Assembly: GCA_035285125.1 (NCBI GenBank)
Contig: JAYKHR010000120.1
Coordinates: 1-48,925, forward strand
Length of the DNA: 48,925 nt
Reading direction: 5' to 3'
Origin: Candidatus Sericytochromatia bacterium
GTDB lineage: Bacteria > Cyanobacteriota > Sericytochromatia > S15B-MN24 > JAQBPE01
Part shown: one piece after another, positions 10,316 through 18,631 of the stretch
Position numbering within the stretch: the stretch's first letter is position 1
Layout of the letters: the number at the start of each line of letters is the position of its first letter
Translations under genes and position numbers: made by a program
The notes under the pieces: generated by a model
The model's database searches: none
Seen by the model: only the letters and a program-made list of their open reading frames with translations
What the model was told of the DNA's origin: nothing

Positions 10316-10717
10316 ATGGCTTCAAAAGTTGCCCAGTACTGGGGCACCGGCCGCCGGAAGACCTCCATCGCCCGCGTGCGGGTGGTGCCCGGCAACGGTC
10401 AGATCAAGATCAACGACCGGTCGGTCGAGGACTACATCGGTGGGCGCAAGACGCTGTACCCGCAGCTGGCCCTCCCGTTCGAGGCGACCAAGAACGTGGG
10501 TCGGTTCGACGTGTTCGCCAACGTGATGGGTGGCGGCGTGAACAGCCAGGTCGGTGCGATCCGGCTCGGCATCTCGCGCGCCCTGGTCACGATGGACCCC
10601 GAGCTCCGCTCGGCTCTTCGTGAGGACGACCTCCTGACGCGCGACCCTCGCGCCAAGGAGCGGAAGAAGTACGGCCGCAAGCGCGCCCGGAAGCGCTTCC
10701 AGTTCTCGAAGCGCTGA
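10316..10717 (+). CDS. rpsI: 30S ribosomal protein S9
   Basis: GTGRRKTSIARV and LTRDPRAKERKKYG...FSKR. Confidence 0.99.
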   Translation: MASKVAQYWGTGRRKTSIARVRVVPGNGQIKINDRSVEDYIGGRKTLYPQLALPFEATKNVGRFDVFANVMGGGVNSQVGAIRLGISRALVTMDPELRSALREDDLLTRDPRAKERKKYGRKRARKRFQFSKR

Positions 10718-10735
10718 TCGCGCCCAGCCTGGGTT

Positions 10736-10769
10736 GGCCTCCTCGCTTGTCGGGGGGGCCTTTTTTTTT
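10736..10769 (+). terminator. Rho-independent terminator of the ribosomal cluster
   Basis: GGCCTCCTCG-cttgt-CGGGGGGGCC followed by T9. Confidence 0.9.
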
Positions 10770-10983
10770 CGTTTTAGTCTCGTGGGGGCCTCATTCCCTT
10801 TTGGGCAGGACGGCGTGGTCGACGCCACCCGGCTTGGGGCCAACCTCCGGTCCGGGGGGGCGTGGCTGGACGCAACTGGCGCACCGGCCTTCGTTTGCCG
10901 CTTTGCTCAGTTGCTGTGTGGCGTTGGTGTGGCATAAGATGCCCGTCAGGCACTTGAGCTGGCTGCCCGTATGGAGGTTCACA

Positions 10984-12546
10984 ATGGCTGATGCGTGGCG
11001 TTTCGGGTCTGTTGTGGCTGCGGCCCTTTGCCTTGTGGCCTTGGCTTGGCCCGCTGCAGCTGCAGCCAGGGTGCCCGGTGAGCCTGGCGGTCAGGTCGAG
11101 GCCACTGCGCGGCCGGCTGACGTCGTCGTGGTGGGCGCTGGGCTTGCCGGCCTGACGACTGCTTACAGGCTTCGGCAGGCCGGGCTTGACTGCGTCGTGC
11201 TGGAGCTCGCCGACCGGGTCGGGGGGCGGATGCGCACCGCCCGCTACCCGGAGGGCGTCTCAGCCGAGGCGGGGCTTGAGGAATTTTGGGACACGAACCC
11301 CAGCATCGCCCTCGCGCGGGAACTCGGTGTTGAGCTTGAGGAGTCGGCCACGGCGTTCTCCAGCTTCATTTACAAGGGGCGGCTATACCCGTTCACGCAG
11401 GCCACCAACGAGGCCTTTGTTCGCTCGGTGCTGCCGCCCAAGGAACTCGCAGGGTTCCTCTCCTGGGACCGCGATATGCAGGCCCGCTTTCATCGGATGG
11501 CCGCGCGTCCTTTGCCTGCCGATCTTCTCAAGCTCAAGGACGTCTCCTTTGCCGAGTGGTTGCAGCGGGACCGCCGGCTTTCCCCTCTGGCCGTCGCGAT
11601 GGTCCGGGCGATGAGTGAGCCGGAGTTCGGCACCTCTGCCGACCGCATCTCGGCGCTGGATGGGATCGACGAGTGGCACATCTTCTCGGGCAAGGGCGTA
11701 GGCTCTCACCATGTTCGCGCCGGCAATCAGGCCCTTGCGGAGGCTCTTGCCGCGCGCATCGGCAAGGACAGGGTGCTGACGGGGCACCAGGTCACTCGGC
11801 TTCACCGCGAGGGCGACCACGTTGAGGTGTCGGCGCTCGAGACGTCCCGGTATGTCACGCACCACTTCCGGGCCCGCCACGTCGTCTCCACGATGCCGCT
11901 TTTCCGCCTCTACGAGGTGCAGGTCACGCCGGCACTCTCTCCGCGTGTGCAGGAGGCCATCGGCACCCAGACCTGGGGTGCCTACTTCACCGCCCACGTC
12001 GTGCTTGACGCGGCAGCCCGGCGCTTCTGGTCGACTCCCCAGGGGGAAGAGATCTTGCCCATTCTCACGGGGGGCCCGCTTGGCGTCATCTATGGGGAGA
12101 ACACGCCGGAGCGGCCCGGTGGCTCGCACACCGTGCTCAACCTGCTGGTCACCGGGGATCATGCCGAGGCCTTCAACGCCCGCACGGGCTCGGTCGACGA
12201 CGCCAGAAAGGTGATCGCGGCCGCCCTCGAAGCCCAGTTCAAGGGCATCACTCCGTACGTGCGCTACATGAACTTCGTGCGGTACCATCCCCGCGCCATC
12301 GCGTCGTGGCCGGTCGGACGCTCGCGCTTCGATGCCCTGTCCGAGGAGCTTCGCAAGCCTCAGGGCCGGCTCTACCTGGCCGGGGACTTCACGGAGGGCA
12401 CGCACTCTGACGGCGCCGCGTGGTCTGCTGCGCGCGTGGTCCGGCAGATCTGCGCTGCCGAGGGCCTCGCAGTTCCCTCGGGCGTGCCTGTGCCGCCAGG
12501 CTACGGGGCGGCGGGCGCGGGCCAGGCGCTGCCCGTGAGGCGCTAG
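10984..12546 (+). CDS. Flavin monoamine oxidase / amino-acid oxidase family protein with N-terminal signal peptide
   Basis: Rossmann VVVVGAGLAGL; E..DRVGGR..T; C-terminal RLYLAGDFT....DGA; GGAGG SD before ATG 10984; hydrophobic leader ending in an Ala run. Confidence 0.85.
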   Translation: MADAWRFGSVVAAALCLVALAWPAAAAARVPGEPGGQVEATARPADVVVVGAGLAGLTTAYRLRQAGLDCVVLELADRVGGRMRTARYPEGVSAEAGLEEFWDTNPSIALARELGVELEESATAFSSFIYKGRLYPFTQATNEAFVRSVLPPKELAGFLSWDRDMQARFHRMAARPLPADLLKLKDVSFAEWLQRDRRLSPLAVAMVRAMSEPEFGTSADRISALDGIDEWHIFSGKGVGSHHVRAGNQALAEALAARIGKDRVLTGHQVTRLHREGDHVEVSALETSRYVTHHFRARHVVSTMPLFRLYEVQVTPALSPRVQEAIGTQTWGAYFTAHVVLDAAARRFWSTPQGEEILPILTGGPLGVIYGENTPERPGGSHTVLNLLVTGDHAEAFNARTGSVDDARKVIAAALEAQFKGITPYVRYMNFVRYHPRAIASWPVGRSRFDALSEELRKPQGRLYLAGDFTEGTHSDGAAWSAARVVRQICAAEGLAVPSGVPVPPGYGAAGAGQALPVRR

Positions 12547-12646
12547 AGGGGCCCCGCCACTCGTGGGTGACGCGCAGGCGTTCACGCCGAGCGAGCGGCC
12601 GCTGTTCGCGGCGTTGTGGCAGGGGCCTTGCGCCGTGCAGGCGCTG

Positions 12647-14665
12647 TCAGGGTGACATGGCGGCCCCGCTGACCCAAGGCAGCGGCCTTGCCAAGGGCTC
12701 CGGGGTCACCAGCAGCAGGCGCACGCCATGCGGAGCTAGCGGAAGCTTCAACGGGGTTTTCCAGGCTCGCCAGACGGGATGTTGGTCGCCCAGGTCCATC
12801 ACCCAGGGGGTTGCGGGGCCGGGCCAGTCCTGGGCGGCGGCTGGCGCGGTGGCGGTGTGACCGGCCGGGTTCAGCAGCGCGGCGATGCCCGCTTGTGCCC
12901 CCCAGGCGGGAACAGACTGCCAGGCCCGGGTTGCCAGGCCGTCGAGGTCCGTCGCGAGGATGGTTGCCGGCCCCGCGGCGTGGCCGAGGAGGGTGGGCAG
13001 GAGGCCCTGGGCGGTCGGCGAGAGGGTGGCGATCTCATCGCTCAAGAGCTTCGCCCCCCCTGACAGCAGCACGGTGGCCGCCCACGTGAGGCGTTCGGCG
13101 AGCGTGATGCCCCGGTGCTCGGGCCCCAGGAGCAGGCAATCAGGGTCGTTCTGCCACCATTTGCCGTGCATCCAGCCCCGGGCCAGCGTGCTGCGCAGGG
13201 CGTTCGCCAGGGCCGGGGACGAGGCGTCACCGTCGGCTGGGTGCCAGGCTGCGGCGACGTCAGGCCCGACGCGCATGGCGTCCACGAGCCCCACCGAGGG
13301 CAGCAATGGCGCCCCGCACCCGAGCAGAAACGCGTCGCCGGCCGCCTCGCGGATGGCGGCCAGCCCGAGCCTGTACGCCGCCAGTGCGGGCAGGCCTCCC
13401 GCGCGGCGGCCGGCTAGCGCGCCCGCGTACAGGAAGTCGAGCTTCAGGAAGCCGAAGCCCCAGGCTTCGACGGCGGTGCGCACCACCTGCGCGAGGTGGG
13501 TCCGGGCTGCGGGCACGGCCAGGTCGAGCGCGTGGCAGCGTTGGTCCCAGTTGTGAAGCGCGAGGACCGGGGCGCCATCGGGCCCCTGCAGGAGCCAGTC
13601 GGGATGGGCCGTCGCGAGCCGGCTGCGGCTTCCGACGACGAAGGGGGCCAGCCAGAGGCCAGGCAAGAGCCCTTGGGCGCGCAGGTCTTGCGCCAGCGCG
13701 CGCAGGCCGCGTGGGAACCGGCCGTTGACCTCGAGCCAGTCGCCGAGTTCCCCCTGCCAACCGTCGTCGAGCTGGACCAGCGTCACCTCTCGCGTGGCGG
13801 CGTGCTGCCTGAGGGCCGCTGCGTTGCGCAGGACGTCTGCCTCCGTGACGCTGGCGAAGCGGGTGTACCAGCTGCACCAGCCCGCCTGGGCGCGCCTGCC
13901 GCTCGGGGCGGCACCGGGCCTGTCTGCCACGGCCGCGGCATACCGCGACAGCGCCTCGGCCCCTCCCGCGAGCACCAGCAGGGGCGCGGTGCACACCCTG
14001 GCCCCTGGCGCCAGGATGAGGCCGTCCGTGAGCCACACCGCGGCGAGACGGCCTCCCGCCCACGTGGGGGTCAGCCGGATGAGGCCCGGCCAGCGCTCTG
14101 CCTCGAGGAACCCCAACGTGAGCGGCTCGGCCCCCGCGGGCTCCAGGGCACATACCCAGGGTGAGGCGAACCCGGCCTCCGGAATTCCCGGCGGTCCGGC
14201 GATTGGGGGTTCCGGGAGGGGGCGCTGGCGGGTCAGTGGGAGGGGAGGGGTGGCGGGGCTCCAGCTCTGGTAGCCCGTCTGGGTGACGCGCAACCGGTCG
14301 GCCCCCCAGCTGCCAGGCCACGGCGCTTCCAAGGGGGCCAGCCAGGCCACCCCCAGGGGCGTCGGACCGCGGTTCGTGAGCGTCAGCGTGAGCACCAGGC
14401 CTTCGGGGTGGGGCGCGATCGCCCAGGCGAGGCGGAGCTCCCCGCCAGGGCGACGGATCGAGGCCGCGTTGCCTCCCACCCAGCGTGCCCCCGCGCCCAC
14501 TCTCCGCCACCGCCCGGCCTGCAGGGGCCACGTCGTGCCGTCCGCCAGCCCCACGCGCGCCGTCGCCTGGCCCAGCACCGACGTTCCGTCGGTGCCGTGC
14601 AACGCCAGCCGGCCGGGTTCCGGCCGGGCGACCAGGCCGCCACCTCTGACTTCTGCCGCCCCCAC
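12647..14665 (-). CDS. Alpha-galactosidase, glycoside hydrolase family 36 (clan D)
   Basis: GWCSWY, QLDDGWQ, PGLWLAPF, FLKLDFLY (nucleophile), MRVGPD (acid/base) and WQNDPDC; GGAGG SD 7 nt before GTG 14665. Confidence 0.88.
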   Translation of the reverse strand: MGAAEVRGGGLVARPEPGRLALHGTDGTSVLGQATARVGLADGTTWPLQAGRWRRVGAGARWVGGNAASIRRPGGELRLAWAIAPHPEGLVLTLTLTNRGPTPLGVAWLAPLEAPWPGSWGADRLRVTQTGYQSWSPATPPLPLTRQRPLPEPPIAGPPGIPEAGFASPWVCALEPAGAEPLTLGFLEAERWPGLIRLTPTWAGGRLAAVWLTDGLILAPGARVCTAPLLVLAGGAEALSRYAAAVADRPGAAPSGRRAQAGWCSWYTRFASVTEADVLRNAAALRQHAATREVTLVQLDDGWQGELGDWLEVNGRFPRGLRALAQDLRAQGLLPGLWLAPFVVGSRSRLATAHPDWLLQGPDGAPVLALHNWDQRCHALDLAVPAARTHLAQVVRTAVEAWGFGFLKLDFLYAGALAGRRAGGLPALAAYRLGLAAIREAAGDAFLLGCGAPLLPSVGLVDAMRVGPDVAAAWHPADGDASSPALANALRSTLARGWMHGKWWQNDPDCLLLGPEHRGITLAERLTWAATVLLSGGAKLLSDEIATLSPTAQGLLPTLLGHAAGPATILATDLDGLATRAWQSVPAWGAQAGIAALLNPAGHTATAPAAAQDWPGPATPWVMDLGDQHPVWRAWKTPLKLPLAPHGVRLLLVTPEPLARPLPWVSGAAMSP

Positions 14666-14766
14666 GTGCCGCCCTCCGTCCACAGCCTAGGTGGAGGCCG
14701 GCCCCCGTCCAAGTGGCGGACGTGCGTCACGGCGGCCGCCGGGGGAGCGGCTATAATGAGAACGTT

Positions 14767-15432
14767 ATGTTGCTGCCGCGCACCCTCCTCGCTGCTGCCC
14801 TCGTCTCGGCGGGCCTGGCCGCCCCGGCCCGCGCCGACGACATCCGGCCGCCGGGCTGGCTGGAGCGCGGCGACTTCGTGGCTGGTGACGACGGGGCCGC
14901 CTTCGTCGCCGACGCCCAGCGGGGGCGACGCGGCGGTCGCTGGTTCCGGCTCGACGGGAGCGAGGGGCACGTGTTCTACGGGCTCGGCGGCCACCCCAGC
15001 ACGGACTGGTTCTGGCCGAACCACGTGGCGTCCTCCTTCGTGTGGGAGATCGTCAGCGCTTCCCCAGGTGGCACGAGCTACATGCTGCGCTACCAGGATG
15101 CCGCCGCTTACACCACCGGGTTTGCCCGCGTGGGCGCGCTCGTGACGTTCGCCAGCCTGGGCGCCGTGCTCGGGGGCGTCGGCTACAACCTGACGAACGC
15201 GACGCGGGAGATGCAGCCCGGCTTTTTCGTGGGGGCGGGTGGGGCCCTGCTGGCGGGGCTGGGGCTGTTGGCGGGGGCCTCGGCGGCGGGGGCCTCGAAC
15301 GAGGCCCTGCTCGATCAGTCCATAGACGCCTACAACCGGGACCTCGCCGGCCGGCGCCGCCGCAACGCGGGCTATCCGCCGACCTCGCACCCCGTCGAGG
15401 CCTCCGTGGCAGGCCCGTCCGCCGTCCGCTGA
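14767..15432 (+). CDS. Hypothetical membrane protein (signal peptide plus two hydrophobic helices)
   Basis: MLLPRTLLAAALVSAGLAAPARA leader; two Gly/Ala-rich TM-like segments; TATAAT at 14752-14757; GC3-biased codons. Confidence 0.7.
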   Translation: MLLPRTLLAAALVSAGLAAPARADDIRPPGWLERGDFVAGDDGAAFVADAQRGRRGGRWFRLDGSEGHVFYGLGGHPSTDWFWPNHVASSFVWEIVSASPGGTSYMLRYQDAAAYTTGFARVGALVTFASLGAVLGGVGYNLTNATREMQPGFFVGAGGALLAGLGLLAGASAAGASNEALLDQSIDAYNRDLAGRRRRNAGYPPTSHPVEASVAGPSAVR

Positions 15433-15632
15433 CCCCGCCAGGAAGCCCTGCTCGGGGTGCGCAACCGGCACCCGGTGTTCGCTGCCGCTGCTTTGGTGGA
15501 CCCTGATCGGGCGCGCGGGGCCGCCCGGACGCAGGCCTCCGCATGCCGCCCGCCCGCCCCTCGTGGCATAATGGGGCCCGGAGGGTCGCCGACGGAGCCG
15601 GCCGCACGAGTCCTGCTGTTGAGGTAAGTCCA

Positions 15633-16826
15633 GTGAACGAGCACATGCGTGAGCACATGCGGCTGATGCTGCCGGGCCCCACCCCCATCCCGCCGACCGT
15701 CGTCCAGGCCCTCGGCCGGCCCATGATCAACCACCGCGGGCCCGAGTTCGCGGCGATGTACCGCGAGTGTATCGAAGGCATCCGCTGGCTCTTTCAGACG
15801 GAGGGTGACGCCTTCTTGATCGGGGCGAGTTCCGGCACGGGGGGGCTGGAAGCAGCCGTCTCGAACGTGCTCAGCGCGGGGGACGAGGTGCTGGCCCTCG
15901 TCGCGGGTGAGTTCGGGGCCCGCTTTGCCGACATGGCGGAGCGCTTCGGGGGGCGCGTGACGCGCATCGCCATCGACTACGGCCAGGCCATGGACCCAGC
16001 CACGCTCGAGGCGGCGCTGGCCGAGCGCCCCTACAAGGTGTTGCTCGTGACCCACAACGAGACCTCCACCGCCGTCATGCAGCCGCTGGAGGCGCTGGCG
16101 AGGGCCGCGCGCCGGGCCCGGCCGGACCTCCTTATCCTCGTGGACGCCGTGAGCAGCCTCGGCGTGGTCCCCCTCCCCGTGGACGCGTGGGACCTCGACA
16201 TCGTGGTCACCGGCTCGCAGAAGGCCTTCATGATTCCACCAGGCCTTGGCATGGTCTCGGTCTCCGCGCGGGCCTGGCAGGCCCACGCCACGGCCACGGC
16301 GCCCCGCTATTACTTCGACTTCACGGCCCACAAGCAGTTCGATGCCAAGGGCCAGACGCCCTGGACGCCCGCCCTGCCCCAGATCTACGGCCTGCACGAG
16401 GCCATGCGGATTATGCGCGGGGAGGGGCTCGAGACCCTGTTCGCCCGGCACGAAACCATGACCCGGATGCTGCGGGCAGGCCTGGCCGCCATCGGGCTGC
16501 GGCCCGTGGTGACGGACGAGGCGATCGCCAGCCGCTCCGTCACGGCCGTCTACCCCCCCGACGGGGTCGACGCCGACGCGCTGCGCAAGCAGGTGCAGGA
16601 CCACTTCGGCCTGGTGCTCGCCGGGGGCCAGGGCAAGATGGCCGGCAAGATCTTCCGCGTCGGCCACCTGGGCTTTTACCAGCCGCTCGACATGCTCACG
16701 GTGCTCGCGGCCCTCGAGGTCACGTGCAAGCGGATGGGGGCGGACGTGCCCCTCGGCGCTGGCGTCCGCGCCGCGCAGGAGGCCATGCTCGCCCATCCCG
16801 CCGCGGCCGTCGCCGCCCACGCCTGA
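15633..16826 (+). CDS. Class V PLP aminotransferase (alanine-glyoxylate / DhsS-like), probable phosphoserine aminotransferase
   Basis: LMLPGPT, HNETST, VDAVSSLG, PLP-lysine TGSQKAFMIPPG and FRVGHLG; GAGG SD before GTG 15633; adjacent to serA. Confidence 0.88.
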   Translation: MNEHMREHMRLMLPGPTPIPPTVVQALGRPMINHRGPEFAAMYRECIEGIRWLFQTEGDAFLIGASSGTGGLEAAVSNVLSAGDEVLALVAGEFGARFADMAERFGGRVTRIAIDYGQAMDPATLEAALAERPYKVLLVTHNETSTAVMQPLEALARAARRARPDLLILVDAVSSLGVVPLPVDAWDLDIVVTGSQKAFMIPPGLGMVSVSARAWQAHATATAPRYYFDFTAHKQFDAKGQTPWTPALPQIYGLHEAMRIMRGEGLETLFARHETMTRMLRAGLAAIGLRPVVTDEAIASRSVTAVYPPDGVDADALRKQVQDHFGLVLAGGQGKMAGKIFRVGHLGFYQPLDMLTVLAALEVTCKRMGADVPLGAGVRAAQEAMLAHPAAAVAAHA

Positions 16827-16874
16827 GGCTGCGGCCCAGGTCTTCGCCCCCCTGCTCGATTCAGGAGATTCGCC

Positions 16875-18503
16875 GTGTCCGACGCTTTGACCCTCGGGGC
16901 CTCCGTCGCCCCCCCCGTCGCGCTGCCGCGCGTGCTCGTCAGCGACCCCATCGAGGCCTCGGGCCTCACGGCCCTGGAGGGTGTCGCCGCCCTCGAGCTG
17001 CGCTCGGACCTGACGCCAGAGCAGCTCGTGGCCTGCATTGGTGAATACGATGCGCTGATGGTGCGCTCCCAGACCAAGGTCACGGCCGCCGTGATCGAGG
17101 CTGGCAAGAAGCTCCGCATCATCGGCCGGGCCGGCGTGGGCGTCGACAACATCGACGTGCCGGCCGCCACGCGCCAGGGCGTGGTCGTGGTCAACTCCCC
17201 CGCGGGCAACACCATTGCCGCGGCCGAGCACACGCTGGCGCTGCTCTTCGCCCTCGCCCGCCACGTGGCGCCGGCGGATGCCTCGACCAAGCAAGGCGAG
17301 TGGAAGCGCAGCAAGTTCACGGGCACCGAGCTGTTCGGCAAGACGCTCGGCGTGATCGGGCTCGGCAAGATCGGCTCCCACGTGGCGAACGTGGCCCGAG
17401 CGGCCGGGATGAAGGTGGTGGCCTACGACCCCTTCGTCACGCCCGAGCGCGCTGCAGAGCTTGGCTGCGCGCTCGGCAGCGTCGAGGACGTGGTGGAGAG
17501 TGCCGATTTCCTGACGCTGCACGTCCCGAAGACCCCCGAGACCACCAACCTCATCGACGCGGCGATGCTGGGGCGGGCCAAGCCGGGCCTGCGCATCGTC
17601 AACTGCGCGCGCGGCGGCATCATCGACGAGGCTGCCCTCGTCGAGGCGATCCGGGCGGGGCGCATCGCCGGGGCGGCGCTCGACGTCTTCGCCCAGGAGC
17701 CGCTGGCGAACGACGCGCTGCGTGAACTCGGCGATCGGGTGCTGCTGACGCCCCACCTGGGCGCCAGCACGGAGGAGGCCCAGCTCAACGTGGCGATCGA
17801 CGTGGCGGAGCAGATCGCCGAGGTCCTGCGCGGTGGTGAGGCCCGGAGCGCCGTCAACATCCCCAACATGCGGCCCGAGCTGATGGCCTCGCTGCGGCCG
17901 GCGATGGGTCTGGCGGAGCGTCTTGGCGCCCTGGCGGCCCAGCTCGCGGAGGGGCCTATCGAGGCCGTCGAGATCACCTACGCCGGCACCCTGGCCGACG
18001 CGGAGTCGCGCCCGCTCACGAACGCGCTGCTCAAGGGCCTGCTGACGCCGGCCCTGGCGGAGGGCGTCAACTTCGTCAACGCCAGCCTCCTGGCGCGCGA
18101 TCGCGGCATCCAGGTGACGGAGGTTCGCACCCAGGACGCCGGCGACTACGTCGAGCTCATTCGGGTGCGCGTGCGCACGGCGCAGCGCGAGCGCATCGTC
18201 GCGGGCACCCTGCTGCTGCAGGACCTCCCGACGGTGGTGCAGGTGGACGACTATGCCTTCAACCTCTTCCTGCGCGGCACGCTGCTGTTCGCGCCGCACC
18301 AGGACGTCCCGGGGTCGGTCGGCAAGGTCGGCACCCTGCTCGGCGAGAACGCCCTCAACATCTTCGGCATGCAACTCGGGCGCAGCGTCGTCAGCGGCCC
18401 GGCCCTGATGGTGCTGAACCTCGACCAGCCCGTGCCGGAAGCCGTCCTGGGCCAGATCCGGGCGCTGCCCGGGTTCTTCGACATCCGGACCGTGACGCTC
18501 TGA
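16875..18503 (+). CDS. serA: D-3-phosphoglycerate dehydrogenase (long form with ASB and ACT domains)
   Basis: GRAGVGVDNID, GVIGLGKIG, NCARGGIIDE and TPHLGASTEEAQ; ACT domain DVPGSVGKVGTLLG..NI..MQLGR; AGGAG SD. Confidence 0.97.
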   Translation: MSDALTLGASVAPPVALPRVLVSDPIEASGLTALEGVAALELRSDLTPEQLVACIGEYDALMVRSQTKVTAAVIEAGKKLRIIGRAGVGVDNIDVPAATRQGVVVVNSPAGNTIAAAEHTLALLFALARHVAPADASTKQGEWKRSKFTGTELFGKTLGVIGLGKIGSHVANVARAAGMKVVAYDPFVTPERAAELGCALGSVEDVVESADFLTLHVPKTPETTNLIDAAMLGRAKPGLRIVNCARGGIIDEAALVEAIRAGRIAGAALDVFAQEPLANDALRELGDRVLLTPHLGASTEEAQLNVAIDVAEQIAEVLRGGEARSAVNIPNMRPELMASLRPAMGLAERLGALAAQLAEGPIEAVEITYAGTLADAESRPLTNALLKGLLTPALAEGVNFVNASLLARDRGIQVTEVRTQDAGDYVELIRVRVRTAQRERIVAGTLLLQDLPTVVQVDDYAFNLFLRGTLLFAPHQDVPGSVGKVGTLLGENALNIFGMQLGRSVVSGPALMVLNLDQPVPEAVLGQIRALPGFFDIRTVTL

Positions 18504-18631
18504 GCCTGCCTGGGGGCCGCCGCGGTCGCGCTGCGGGGCCCCCCCTTGCTCCCTGACGTGGGGTGAGGAAGCCCGCGAGGGTGCGATCCCGCCCGTCGCG
18601 GCTCGCCTCGTTTCCGGCTATGATGAGCCCG

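Noticed and set aside
15372..18374. 1000-aa - strand ORF (likewise 2687..4435, 22460..24019, 29441..31015, 45887..47767 and similar)
   Set aside because: Antisense shadows of recognisable genes such as serA, the aminotransferase and secY.
18504..18618. Possible SRP RNA (ffs) upstream of dnaX
   Set aside because: Only a GC-rich hairpin (~18510-18545) is present; the conserved CAGG..GGAAGGAAGCAG domain IV motif is absent.
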